Assembly: GCA_963665775.2 (NCBI GenBank)
Contig: CAXXTF010000002.1
Location: forward strand, 480,001 to 544,000
Length of the DNA stretch: 64,000 nucleotides
DNA from: Dehalococcoidia bacterium
GTDB lineage: Bacteria; Chloroflexota; Dehalococcoidia; SM23-28-2; RBG-16-64-32
Direction of reading: 5' to 3'
The notes below the pieces were generated by a model. The model was not told the DNA's origin and did not search any database. It saw nothing but the letters and a program-made list of their open reading frames with translations. Shown here piece by piece: positions 28,025 to 37,656 of this stretch. A program made the position numbers and the translations under genes. Numbering within the stretch: position 1 is the first letter of the stretch; each line of letters opens with the position of its first letter.

Positions 28025-28969
28025 ATGAGCGACGGCCAATCCTATCCTATCGCCGCGCCACCTATCCCCGAGATCGCCGCCGAACCCACCACCTTTCGCG
28101 ATAAGCTGGCGGCAGGGCGCTTCGTGGTCTCCGTGGAGGTGGACCCGCCCCATGGCCTCAGTGCTCGGAGCGCTCTCCAGGGGGCATCCCTCTTGAAGGG
28201 TGTGGGTGTGGACGCAATCAACGTGGGGGACAGCCCTACGGCCAAGGTGCGCATGTCTCCCCTGGCCATGTCGGTGCTCCTCCAGCGAGAGCTGGGGGTG
28301 GAGATCGTCATGCACTATACGACGCGGGACCGGAACGCCATGGCGATACACTCGGATATGGTGGGCGCCCACATCCTGGGCATCCGCAGCGTCCTCTGTC
28401 TGCGGGGCGACCCGCCCTCCGTGGGCGGCTATACCGATGTGGTCGGCGTCTGGGACGTGAGCGCGGTGGGGCTGATGCGCTTCCTCAAGCTTCTGAACGA
28501 CGGGGTGGACTTCACCGGCAAGTCCATCGGCCGGCAGGCGTCCTTTTTTGTCGGTGCCGCCGCTAACCCCAACGCGAATCCGCTGGAGCCGGAGCTGCGG
28601 TTGATGCGACGCAAGGTGGAGGCCGGAGCCCACTTCTTCATGACCCAGAATCTGTTCGACGAGAAGATCTTGGAGAACTTCCTGGAGAAATCCGCCCGCT
28701 TCGGGCGGCCGATCATCGTGGGCCTCCTTCCCCTGAGCAACACTCGCCACGCCGAGTTCCTGCATCGAGAAGTGCCGGGCATGTACCTGCCGGATTCCGT
28801 TCGCGACCGGATGCGTCGCGCCGGCGAGGAGGGTGGTCCCAGGGAGGGCCAGGCGATGGCCCGAGACTTCATCGCCCTCTGCCGCGAGAAGGCCGCAGGC
28901 GTCTATCTGGTCCCCGCATTCGGACGGTATGATCTCATCGCCGAGCTGGTCTCGGAAGCGAAGTCCTAA
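28025..28969 (+). CDS. Methylenetetrahydrofolate reductase, YitJ-C-terminal type, stand-alone
   Basis: FVVSVEVDPP, INVGDSP.AKVRMS, HYTTRDRN, L.LRGDP, KVEAGA.FFMTQ, EVPGM. Confidence 0.88.
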   Translation: MSDGQSYPIAAPPIPEIAAEPTTFRDKLAAGRFVVSVEVDPPHGLSARSALQGASLLKGVGVDAINVGDSPTAKVRMSPLAMSVLLQRELGVEIVMHYTTRDRNAMAIHSDMVGAHILGIRSVLCLRGDPPSVGGYTDVVGVWDVSAVGLMRFLKLLNDGVDFTGKSIGRQASFFVGAAANPNANPLEPELRLMRRKVEAGAHFFMTQNLFDEKILENFLEKSARFGRPIIVGLLPLSNTRHAEFLHREVPGMYLPDSVRDRMRRAGEEGGPREGQAMARDFIALCREKAAGVYLVPAFGRYDLIAELVSEAKS

Positions 28970-28977
28970 CGCGGTAA

Positions 28978-29005
28978 GGCTATAGCTCCCGGTAAAGCTA
29001 TAGCC
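28978..29005. repeat. Perfect 10-bp inverted repeat (terminator or operator)
   Basis: GGCTATAGCT-N8-AGCTATAGCC; each arm contains the palindrome GCTATAGC. Confidence 0.6.
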
Positions 29006-29058
29006 CTAGGAAGGCGCCCACGAGCCGTCCCCCTGCGGGCCACGAGAAGGGAAGCCCT

Positions 29059-29586
29059 ATGACCGAGTATGAGCAAGAGATCAAGCAGGTCATGGACGAG
29101 ATGCCGTATGGCCTGTACATCCTCGGTTCGAGGATGGACGGCGAAGTCAACGGCATGTTGGCCGACTGGGTGATGCAGGTCTCCATGAGTCCGCGGCTAC
29201 TGTCCGTCTCGTTCGAGAACGACGCTCGCACCCTTCAGAACGTCCGGGAGAGCGGCATCTTCACTGTGAACATGCTTTCGCAGGATCGCGATGGCATGGA
29301 CTTGGCCGCAAAGTTCGTGCAGCCTTATTACGGTGACAAAGTGAAGGGCCGCAAGGCAGCCGCTTCTGAGGAGATCCATCGCAAGCTGGCAGAGGTTCCC
29401 CATACGAAGAGCGAGCGCGGCTGCCCGATCCTGGAAGCGGCAATGGCCTGGCTGGAGTGCGAGGCAGAGCAGTTCCTGCCGGTTGGGGATCACACCCTGG
29501 TCATCGCCAGAGTAGTGGATGGGCGAGTCGTCCGTGCGGAGGAGCCCCTGACCTCCCTCTTCACGGGCTACACCTACAGCGGCTAA
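29059..29586 (+). CDS. Flavin reductase family protein
   Basis: PYGLYI, NGM.A.WV.QVS..P, G.PIL..A.AWLEC, GDHTL. Confidence 0.92.
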   Translation: MTEYEQEIKQVMDEMPYGLYILGSRMDGEVNGMLADWVMQVSMSPRLLSVSFENDARTLQNVRESGIFTVNMLSQDRDGMDLAAKFVQPYYGDKVKGRKAAASEEIHRKLAEVPHTKSERGCPILEAAMAWLECEAEQFLPVGDHTLVIARVVDGRVVRAEEPLTSLFTGYTYSG

Positions 29587-29601
29587 CCGCGCCGGAGCTG
29601 T

Positions 29602-30111
29602 CTAGCCCTCCTCTCCCTCTAACCTCGCGGCCTCGGCCATCCGCTCCTTGAGCTGGCGCACCTGCCACAGGTGCTCGAGGTCGTGCTGGGCTAGCTCCCG
29701 CGCGATCTGCCTCAGGGTCAGCGGTCCGCGATAGGGATGCTCCGCTGCTCGCATCCACTCCTCGTCCATCAGCCCCCACAGAAGGGAGATCGTCTCACGG
29801 CGGCGGCGGCGGAACTCTGTCAGGAGAAGCGACAGGTTCGCGGCCCGGTAGTCGCGTTCCAGAGGCAGCACGTCGACGTCCCAGATCGGCAAGGGGCCCG
29901 GCGCGCCCGAGTCGATGGCGGTCATCTGGGCCAGCGCCAACTCCTCAGCATTTCGGAGGTGGGCCGCCGTATCGCGCAGGCACCACTCGTCGGCGGCTGG
30001 CCGCCACGAGAGCTGGCCTCCCGCCAGTCCGCGGAACTCGGCGAGCAGCGATCCGCTCGTCTCCCGCAGCGCCTTCAAAACCCAGCCTTGGGCGGCTCTC
30101 TCCTCCAGCAC
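29602..30111 (-). CDS. DinB-family protein
   Basis: RPA.DEW...AAHL..AE and HPYRG....HDLEHL.Q; probably leaderless from GTG 30111. Confidence 0.85.
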   Translation of the reverse strand: MLEERAAQGWVLKALRETSGSLLAEFRGLAGGQLSWRPAADEWCLRDTAAHLRNAEELALAQMTAIDSGAPGPLPIWDVDVLPLERDYRAANLSLLLTEFRRRRRETISLLWGLMDEEWMRAAEHPYRGPLTLRQIARELAQHDLEHLWQVRQLKERMAEAARLEGEEG

Positions 30112-30440
30112 ATCGCTATTGTAACGGGTCAGCCTCCCAGCCGAGGGCGGCTGTCCGTCTACCGTCATCATTCATCATAAAGGGGGGCGACGCCGTCTTA
30201 TCGTGGGTGGGGGCTTCTCGAGGGGAGGAATTCTCTTCGATTTGCGGCCGTCGCCCCCCTTTTGCTGCAGGCCGCTGGGCCCGCCTAGCCATGCATTCTA
30301 CCACGTGACAGCACCTATGTTCCAGCCGCTGACGGGGGTTTTCGCGTAAAATCTTTGGCGATGGCCGTTTCCCTTGCCGCAGACACAAGAGCGGGTTCTC
30401 CGATGGGGATTCCGAGGGCGTGATTCCGCCCCGGCCGCCC

Positions 30441-30674
30441 ATGCGTAGGATCTTGCTACTGCCCTTAACGGCTTTTCTGGTGGCCTTTGCTATTCAGGTG
30501 ACTCTCAAGCTGGTCGGCGTACCCTCGACCAGTGCGCTGCGCGTCCTGGCCACACCGGCGATCGCGGGTGCCGTCGTTTACCTAGGGCTGCGGCCGTATC
30601 CAACAGCCGGGCGTCTGCGTCTGGCAGCGATGGTCCTTATCGGCCTCCTCCTGGTCGCTATTATTACGGCCTAG
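30441..30674 (+). CDS. Small membrane protein (about 3 TM)
   Basis: Hydrophobic ORF starting MRRILLL. Confidence 0.55.
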   Translation: MRRILLLPLTAFLVAFAIQVTLKLVGVPSTSALRVLATPAIAGAVVYLGLRPYPTAGRLRLAAMVLIGLLLVAIITA

Positions 30675-31075
30675 CTTCCTTTGCCGCGGGCTACTGCTTG
30701 TGCTATAAGGGTGGTCACAGGTTGCCGGCGGACTGGCTCGACCTAGCGATTGGGAGGGGGAGATGTCGATCAAGGTAGGGCTCGACATCTCCCCACGCCG
30801 ATCACGGTGGCTCCGACGATAGTGGCTCCGAAAATGGAGGCTACGCTGGAGGGGATGGCGGAAGTGAGGGTGGCAAGGCCATAAGCTCGCGGAAGCGGGC
30901 CGCCGCACGGAACCGGCCGCCGGTCTGGGACGGTGGCTAGGAAGGGCTACATACGGTATCATATCTACGAGCTAGGGAGATCAACTGAACGCCGTGGCCG
31001 TCGGAGCCTTCCACCACCGTATCGGCGGCGCTCTTCAGGGGCTCCCTGACAGGGTTCCGCTTATTCGTCTAGGAG

Positions 31076-32020
31076 ATGCTCTCAATCATGGATGAAGCTG
31101 GCGTCTGCCTGCAGATGTTCCTCTCATGGCTATCCGAATCTCGGGGCCAACGCCTCAACGTGGACGAGCGCGAGGAGATCTCCCCAGGCGGCCTCAGCGC
31201 CCTCGCCTCCGACGGCACGTTCCGGCTGGCGCTGGAGGTCCGATCCCTCCTCGGCGCCACCGAGGATTACGTCTGGTTGAGCCATCGCGACCAGCTCGCG
31301 CAGGAGATGTCCGTCGCCAACCCAGGTACCACCTTAGCCCTCTGGCTTCCTCTCGGCGCCGACCTACCACGCGAGGCTGCCGAGGCCGCAGATCTCCTTG
31401 AGCGGGTCCGGCAGACCGCCGTCAGCCTCGAGGCCGCGGAGCGCTCCTTCGTGCCGCTGCCCATCACCCTGGTTCTCCGCAAGGCGAGCGACGAAGGCGG
31501 AATCGTGGAAGTCAAAGGTGGTCTCAACCCCTACTGGGCACAGTTTACCGACCAGGTTCGCGGCCTCGGCACCTTCGTCCTCGATTCCACTCGCCTGCAC
31601 CGGCTTCCCGAGTCCGAGGAGCACCGGGAGCAGCTTCTGGATACGATCCGCGAGCGGCTCAAGGAGCTTGAGAGCGTACGGCAATCGGTGGAGATCGAGA
31701 CGATAGACACTTGGACGATTCAGCGATTCGATGGAGCGGACGGCCTCGCCATCATGGGCCTCCCGCCTCGGGAGGTCCCGGACGTAGGGCTCGCTGTCCG
31801 CCGCAACTTCCGGCGCATCCTGGCGGAGGCCGGACCTCGACTGCGCCAGCGAGAGGCGGACCTGCGGGCCATCGTGGTCTTGGGTCACTACCCCCGTCTG
31901 GAGCAGGAAGGCGCAACGACCGCGCTCCGTGGTTATGACCCCGCCCTGTACGCCGGCCTGGACTTCGTGGGCCTGGCCGCCGACGGTATCCTCAAGCCCC
32001 TCATCCAGCCGCTTGCCTGA
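31076..32020 (+). CDS. Hypothetical protein
   Basis: 314-aa ORF with host-like codon usage; no family recognised. Confidence 0.75.
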   Translation: MLSIMDEAGVCLQMFLSWLSESRGQRLNVDEREEISPGGLSALASDGTFRLALEVRSLLGATEDYVWLSHRDQLAQEMSVANPGTTLALWLPLGADLPREAAEAADLLERVRQTAVSLEAAERSFVPLPITLVLRKASDEGGIVEVKGGLNPYWAQFTDQVRGLGTFVLDSTRLHRLPESEEHREQLLDTIRERLKELESVRQSVEIETIDTWTIQRFDGADGLAIMGLPPREVPDVGLAVRRNFRRILAEAGPRLRQREADLRAIVVLGHYPRLEQEGATTALRGYDPALYAGLDFVGLAADGILKPLIQPLA

Positions 32021-32270
32021 GCCCTCGGTCTGACCTGGGCTGTCCGCTACCAGATAACGCCGATGTCGGCGCGGTCAGCCAAACCACGGCTCCCCCCCGC
32101 GTTGAAGCCCGCGATCCAGCGGCCAACTACTCCCCGCTGGCTGCTCATTCTACCTTTGTAGTACGCTCGCCGGGGGAGCGTGGCGTCATCTGGGCAGCCC
32201 TTTTCAGTCAATCGGGCATCCGGTATCATAAGCGCAAGTCTCGTCGCTCCCAGAAGAGGAGAGTTCTGTC

Positions 32271-32783
32271 ATGGCCCTAGCTGTTGGCTCGTCCGCTCCA
32301 GCCTTCACGCTGACTGGAGTCGAGGGTGAGGTCTATTCTCTGAGCCGATCGTTGTCTGCCGGTCCGGTCCTTCTGGTCTTCTTCAAGTCAGGCTGCGGCG
32401 CCTGTGACTTGGCCTTCCCCTACATCAACCGTCTGGCAGCCGCCTATGACGACGGCTGGCAACTGTGGGCGATAGCTCAGGAGCCACCCGAGCGGGCGCG
32501 CCAGTACGCTGAGCGGCAGGATATGAAGTACCCCGTGCTGCTGGACACTCAGGATTACGAGGTGTCCAAGCGTTACGATCCGCCGGCCACGCCGACCTTC
32601 TTCCTCATCGATCCTGACGGCCGAGTTGCCTACACAAACCATGGATTCAGTAAGGATGACCTGAACGAGATGTCGGGCCTCGTCGCCGCGCGGCTTGGCG
32701 TCGAGGCGAAAGAGGTGGCCCCGGCCGATGATGGCCGGCCGGCCTTCCGCCCCGGCTGACGCCCTCGTCATAACAGGGGCTAG
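32271..32783 (+). CDS. TlpA/peroxiredoxin-like thioredoxin-fold protein, probable selenoprotein (UGA 32757-32759)
   Basis: LAVG..APAFTL, FFKSGCGAC, PTFFLID.DG. C-terminus PAFRPG-UGA-RPRHNRG* is followed by a SECIS-like hairpin. Confidence 0.8.
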
Positions 32784-32792
32784 TTCAGCTCC
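32776..32792 (+). promoter_or_regulatory. Candidate bacterial SECIS hairpin
   Basis: GGGGCT-AGTTC-AGCTCC starts 16 nt after the UGA, with G at loop position 2. Confidence 0.55.
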
Positions 32793-32960
32793 CGCTCCTT
32801 GTGGCCTTTGCCAAGCCGTGGTATATTTGGTCGAGAACCTCTGCGATCCGCAGGCGCTGGGCCTCTGATCGTAGACCGGGTTAAAGTTCCGAGTCAGCCC
32901 GCCAGCGACACCAGCTCGATGACCGGACCTTAACCGAAGATCTGAAAGGAGATCATCGAG

Positions 32961-33293
32961 TTGGCTTACGAGGATCGCACACTTACCTGCGTCCAATGCG
33001 GTACGGAGTTTACGTTCACCGCCGACGATCAGCAGTTCCACGCCAGCCGTGGCTATCAGGACCCCAAGCGCTGTCCTGACTGCCGCCAGAGTCGGCGCAG
33101 CGAGCGCGGTGGCGGCTACGGCGGCGGCGGCGGCAGCGGCAGCGGCAGCGGCAGCTACGACCGCACCATGTACGACGCGGTCTGCGCCAACTGTGGGACA
33201 CAGACCCAGGTTCCTTTCCTGCCCCGACAGGACCGGCCCGTCTACTGCAGCGACTGCTTCTCCAAGATGAGGCCCACTCGCCCCAGCTGGTAG
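32961..33293 (+). CDS. Zinc-ribbon / CxxC-x17-CxxC domain protein
   Basis: LTCVQCG.EF.FT..DQ.F...G...PKRCPDCR, a Gly/Ser linker, then CANCG....VPF.P...RPVYCSDCF; SD AAAGGAG, TTG start. Confidence 0.92.
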   Translation: MAYEDRTLTCVQCGTEFTFTADDQQFHASRGYQDPKRCPDCRQSRRSERGGGYGGGGGSGSGSGSYDRTMYDAVCANCGTQTQVPFLPRQDRPVYCSDCFSKMRPTRPSW

Positions 33294-33370
33294 ACCCCTG
33301 ACAGTAACGTCACCGGGTAATCTTTCCACGCCTGTTCCTAATTCCGTACTCACGGAAGGGGGGTTGCCTA

Positions 33371-33640
33371 ATGCTCACTGTCACCGACGAAGCTGCCAAC
33401 GCTCTCTCTGAGGCGGTCGCCTCTTGCCAGGAGGGATCCCCGCAGACGCTGCGTATCGCCCTCGTCGATGGAAAGTACGAGCTGAGTCTGAACGAGGCTG
33501 GCAAAGGGGAGCAGGTGATCGAGCACAATGGCCAGGCCTTGCTGGTCATGGACGCCGAGGTGTCCGTGGCCCTCTCGGATGCGCTCTTGAGCACCGAGGA
33601 GACGGAGGACGGTACCCGCCTGACCCTGACCAAGGGTTGA
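33371..33640 (+). CDS. Cys-motif-less HesB/A-type-carrier-like small protein
   Basis: MLTVTDEA...L...LRI...L.L....G.QVIEH.G..LL.D; lacks the CxC motif. Confidence 0.7.
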   Translation: MLTVTDEAANALSEAVASCQEGSPQTLRIALVDGKYELSLNEAGKGEQVIEHNGQALLVMDAEVSVALSDALLSTEETEDGTRLTLTKG

Positions 33641-33699
33641 TCCTCGCGCCCGGGCCCTTCCTGGCGTGGCGCGCACTCAGCCGCTATCATGGGCCTGCC

Positions 33700-34965
33700 A
33701 TGAGTCAGCCGCAGCGGACCGACGGCCCCCTCTCCGACATAACAATCTTGGACCTGACCTGGGTCCTAGCCGGGCCTTTCGCCTCCATGATCCTCCGCGA
33801 CCTAGGGGCCCGGGTCATCAAGATTGAGCGTCCTCCCTATGGCGACGTAGCCCGCACTACTGGTCCCTATCTCCACGAGGAGAGCGCCTACTTCTTCTCC
33901 ATCAATCGCGGCAAGGAGAGCCTTTGCCTGGACCTGAAGCATCCCCGTGGCAAGGAGACGTTCCTCCGCCTGTCCGAGAAGGCGGACGTGCTGATGGAGA
34001 ACTTCACCCCGGGTACCATGGACGCCCTCGGCCTCGGCTACCGGGCGCTAAGCGACCGGAATCCCCGCCTGGTCTACGCCGCCACCTCTGGCTTTGGGCA
34101 GACGGGGCCAGACCGGCATCGGCCTGCCCTGGACATCATCGTTCAGGGGATGGGTGGCGTCATGAGCATCACCGGCGAGGTCGAAGGCGATCCTGTCCGA
34201 CCGGGCGTCTCTCTGGGCGATATCACGGCCGGCCTCTACACCGCCATCGGTGTTCTGACTGCCCTGCATGAGCGGCAGGACAGCGGCAAAGGACAGATGG
34301 TCGATATAAGTATGCTGGACTGTCAGATCGCTATTCTTGAGAACGCCTTCATACGCTATTTCGCCACCGGCGAAACGCCCCGGCCACTGGGGACCCGACA
34401 TCCGCTGGCCACGCCGTTTCAGGCCTTCCCCACCAGGGACGGCTGGATCGTTCTGGCCCTCTCCTGGGGCGTCGAGAACCAGTGGGAGCTCTTCTGCGTA
34501 TCGATCGGCCGCCACGACCTGATCGACGACCCGCGCTTCCTGACACCCGGCCTGCGTACCCGTCACCACGATATCCTGGAGCCGCTGCTCAACGAGGCGC
34601 TGCGTCGGAGGAGCACCGAGGAGTGGTTGCGGGAGTTCGATGCCATCGGCCTGCCGTGCGGCCGCTTGAACGACATCCCCCAGGCTGCCGAGCACCCTCA
34701 GGTAGCGGCCCGCAAGATGCTTGTGGACGTAACGCATCCGGATGGCTTCAGCCTCAGGGTGCCGGACACCCCGGTCAAACTAAGCCGCACCCCAGGCCGG
34801 ATTCAGGGTCCTCCCCCCACTATCGGTGGCGACACGGATCGGGTTCTGGCCTCGCTATTGGGAATGTCGGACAGCGAGATCGCCGAATTGCGGGCAGCGG
34901 AGATCGTCTTCGGGCCGCTCCCCAGCCCGGTGCGGCAGATTCTGGAGTACGAGAACCAGGTCTGA
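33700..34965 (+). CDS. Family III CoA transferase (CaiB/BaiF)
   Basis: GPL..I.ILDLT.VLAGP, LGARVIKIE, NRGKES..LDLK, ENF.PG, SGFGQTGP; start ATG 33700. Confidence 0.95.
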   Translation: MSQPQRTDGPLSDITILDLTWVLAGPFASMILRDLGARVIKIERPPYGDVARTTGPYLHEESAYFFSINRGKESLCLDLKHPRGKETFLRLSEKADVLMENFTPGTMDALGLGYRALSDRNPRLVYAATSGFGQTGPDRHRPALDIIVQGMGGVMSITGEVEGDPVRPGVSLGDITAGLYTAIGVLTALHERQDSGKGQMVDISMLDCQIAILENAFIRYFATGETPRPLGTRHPLATPFQAFPTRDGWIVLALSWGVENQWELFCVSIGRHDLIDDPRFLTPGLRTRHHDILEPLLNEALRRRSTEEWLREFDAIGLPCGRLNDIPQAAEHPQVAARKMLVDVTHPDGFSLRVPDTPVKLSRTPGRIQGPPPTIGGDTDRVLASLLGMSDSEIAELRAAEIVFGPLPSPVRQILEYENQV

Positions 34966-35043
34966 GGCTCCGCCTTAGGCCGCCAGCAGGATCGCCAGCG
35001 AGGTATGGGAGCCACCTCCCTGGCCGCGAGAATGTAGCGAGAG

Positions 35044-36231
35044 ATGCGTGCCTTTCTTCTGCCCGCCGTTGCCCTCGGTCTGATCCTGGTGGCCTGCGCC
35101 GGAAGCGCCATCGCGCCTGGGCTTACGGCGACGCCCGAGACATCGCCGCCATCCTTGCCAACGCTGTCGCCTACCGCCACCGCTGTCCCCACCCCCACCC
35201 CCACCCCCACCCTCACCCCCGCACCTACCCCGGCCTTCCTCGCACCGGATGAGGTACCGCTCCTCACCCTGGCGGATATCTTCGACAGTGGCGACAGGCG
35301 CGACATTCCAGACCTCCGCCTCGACCCCTCGCGTATCCGCACCCTCATCGCCACTGGTGATGTCATTCCCGCCCGTCACACGGACATCGCCATCCGCCGG
35401 CAGGGAGACGACTTTCTCTACCCTGTAGAGGCCACTAAGGAGATCACCTTAAGCGCCGACCTCACTATCGTCAACCTGGAGGCGCCCCTGATCAGCGGCT
35501 GTCCCTACCACGACTCAGGGTTCACCTTCTGCGGCCGTCCCGGCTTCACGGCCGCGCTTCAGGCCGCAGGAGTGGATGTGGTCACCCTGGAGAACAACCA
35601 CATCACCAACTACGGCCCCCAGGGCGTCGTTGAGACGATCGGCTACCTGGACGCCGCCGGAATCGCTTTCGCCGATCGTGACACTCCGGCCATAGCCGAG
35701 GTGCGGGGGCTCAAGTTCGGGTTCCTCGCCTTTAACGGCGTCGGCGAGGCCATAGACCGGGAGCTCCTGGTAGGCCAGATCGAGGCTCTGCGGCCTCAGG
35801 TGGATATCCTCTCCGTAGCTTTCCATTGGGGCGCCGAGTACGTCGCCCGGCCCGAGATAGCTCCCGGCATCGCTAACGATGATCCGGTTGAGATCGCCCA
35901 CCTGGCCGTCGAAGCCGGCGCCGATCTCGTCATCGGGAACCACCCCCACTGGGTTCAGGCCGTAGAGCTGTACGAGGGGAAGTTCATCGCCTACGCCCAC
36001 GGCAACTTCATCTTCGATCAGATGTGGAGCTATAAGACGCGGGTAGGGGTTATCGGTCGCTACACGTTCTACGACGACGTGCTGGTAAGGGTCGACTTCA
36101 TCCCGGTCCTGATCGAGGATTCCGCCCAGCCGGTTCCCATGGAGGGAGCGGAGGCCCAGGCGGTGCTGGACGGGATGCGTGCCGCCAGCGAGGAGCTGTT
36201 GGGCAAGCTCGAATCGGCGAGCCCTCCGTGA
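35044..36231 (+). CDS. CapA-family metallophosphoesterase lipoprotein
   Basis: Lipobox LVAC, TGD, NLE, NNH, HWG.EY, GNHPHW.Q, GNFIFDQ. Confidence 0.92.
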   Translation: MRAFLLPAVALGLILVACAGSAIAPGLTATPETSPPSLPTLSPTATAVPTPTPTPTLTPAPTPAFLAPDEVPLLTLADIFDSGDRRDIPDLRLDPSRIRTLIATGDVIPARHTDIAIRRQGDDFLYPVEATKEITLSADLTIVNLEAPLISGCPYHDSGFTFCGRPGFTAALQAAGVDVVTLENNHITNYGPQGVVETIGYLDAAGIAFADRDTPAIAEVRGLKFGFLAFNGVGEAIDRELLVGQIEALRPQVDILSVAFHWGAEYVARPEIAPGIANDDPVEIAHLAVEAGADLVIGNHPHWVQAVELYEGKFIAYAHGNFIFDQMWSYKTRVGVIGRYTFYDDVLVRVDFIPVLIEDSAQPVPMEGAEAQAVLDGMRAASEELLGKLESASPP

Positions 36232-36249
36232 GCGCCGGTCCGGCAGCGG

Positions 36250-37473
36250 TCAGGGCGACCCCCTGGCATCCGCCTCAGCCCGCGGCGCTCCGCCGCCTCG
36301 GCGGCGCTCGGACATCGCCCACAGGGTCAGGGTGAGGGCCACCGTTACGGCCAGGAAGGCGGATAGCGCCAAGAACGCGGCCGAGGTGTCCCACCGGTCG
36401 ACGAAGGCGCCGGCGATGACGCCGCCTACTGAGCCCAAGCCGAACATGGCGAAGAATGAGAAGCCGTAGCTGCGTCCCACCGCGCCCTCCGGTGCGTAGT
36501 CGGCGATGAGGCCGGTGAACACCGGCTGGTTGGCGAAGTAGAAGAAGACGAAGACCGAGGCCAGGATCACCAGCGGCGCCCCGCTCAGTAACGCGGTCAG
36601 GATCAAGGCCGGCAGGGTCAACAGCCCGATGATCGGCGCCAGCCGCTCCAGCCTCACCCGCTGCGACAGTGCGCCCCCGACGAGCTGCCCCACCGCGCCC
36701 ATGAGCAGGGCCAGGGTGACGAAAGCGCCACCCAGATCCTCGTTCACGAACGCTTCCAGGTGTCTGGGCAGGAAGGTGATGGCCCCCCGGTACACTATGC
36801 CGCTGAGGACGAAGGCGGCGTAGACCAGCAGGAGCGGCGGCACAAGACCGCGCCCCCCTCGTCTTTGGTCGCTCGGTTTGGGTTCCGGCGCGCTCTCGGT
36901 CAGCGGCACCTCCGCGTCGCCGCTGATGGGCAGCCGCGTAGTCGCCATCACCAGCGCCAGCACACCGGCCAGCACCGCCACGAAGAAGAAGGCGGCTCGC
37001 CAGTCGATCAATACGGCCAGGCCTATGGCGATTGCCGGCGCCAGCGCCTGTCCGACATTACCGGCCACGCCGTGAAACCCTAGAGCCAACCCCCGCTGGC
37101 GGACGCCTTGAGCCATCAAGGAGAGACCAGCCGGGTGATACAGGCCGACGGCAAGCCCCAGTCCGGCCAGCGCCGCCGCCAGGAACCACACGTTGGGGGC
37201 GATCCCCACCAACACCGCCATCACGGCCGCGCCGCTGAACGCGTACACCAGCACTCGGCGCGAGCCCAGCCGGTCCGTCAGGAACCCGGCGGGGATCGCC
37301 GTGCTGCCGAAGGCCCAGCCGAACACTGTCGCCAGCAAGCCTGAGATGACGGCCCGGATACCGAAGTCGTCCTCGATGCGGGTCAGCAGCACTGGGTAGG
37401 TCAGCTCCATCACGTGCACCACCGCGTGGGCCGCGGCCGTATAGGCTATGAGTCTTCGCTCTGCTGGGTTCAT
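36250..37473 (-). CDS. MFS transporter
   Basis: About 12 TMs, G.LTDRLGSRR, YHP.G, G.HG..GNVG. Confidence 0.92.
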   Translation of the reverse strand: MNPAERRLIAYTAAAHAVVHVMELTYPVLLTRIEDDFGIRAVISGLLATVFGWAFGSTAIPAGFLTDRLGSRRVLVYAFSGAAVMAVLVGIAPNVWFLAAALAGLGLAVGLYHPAGLSLMAQGVRQRGLALGFHGVAGNVGQALAPAIAIGLAVLIDWRAAFFFVAVLAGVLALVMATTRLPISGDAEVPLTESAPEPKPSDQRRGGRGLVPPLLLVYAAFVLSGIVYRGAITFLPRHLEAFVNEDLGGAFVTLALLMGAVGQLVGGALSQRVRLERLAPIIGLLTLPALILTALLSGAPLVILASVFVFFYFANQPVFTGLIADYAPEGAVGRSYGFSFFAMFGLGSVGGVIAGAFVDRWDTSAAFLALSAFLAVTVALTLTLWAMSERRRGGGAPRAEADARGSP

Positions 37474-37656
37474 GGGCTACCGTCGATTATAAGACGCCGC
37501 TATCGCCGTTCGCCATACTCAGAGCAGGTTCGGGGCTGTCGCAAGATTCTGGGAGATTCCGCAAGAACGGTGCCTGGGCGGTAAATCCAGGGCGCTCCCT
37601 CTGACGTAGCGTATATGATCGATATCCTTTAGCTGCCAGCCTCAAGGAGGTCCGTC

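Noticed and set aside
30940-31060. RYHIYEL...AVAV..HHR fragment resembling a RelE/ParE tail, and AGGGTTCCG resembling ykkC
   Set aside because: Too short; the toxin match needs frameshifts and the remaining ykkC elements are absent.
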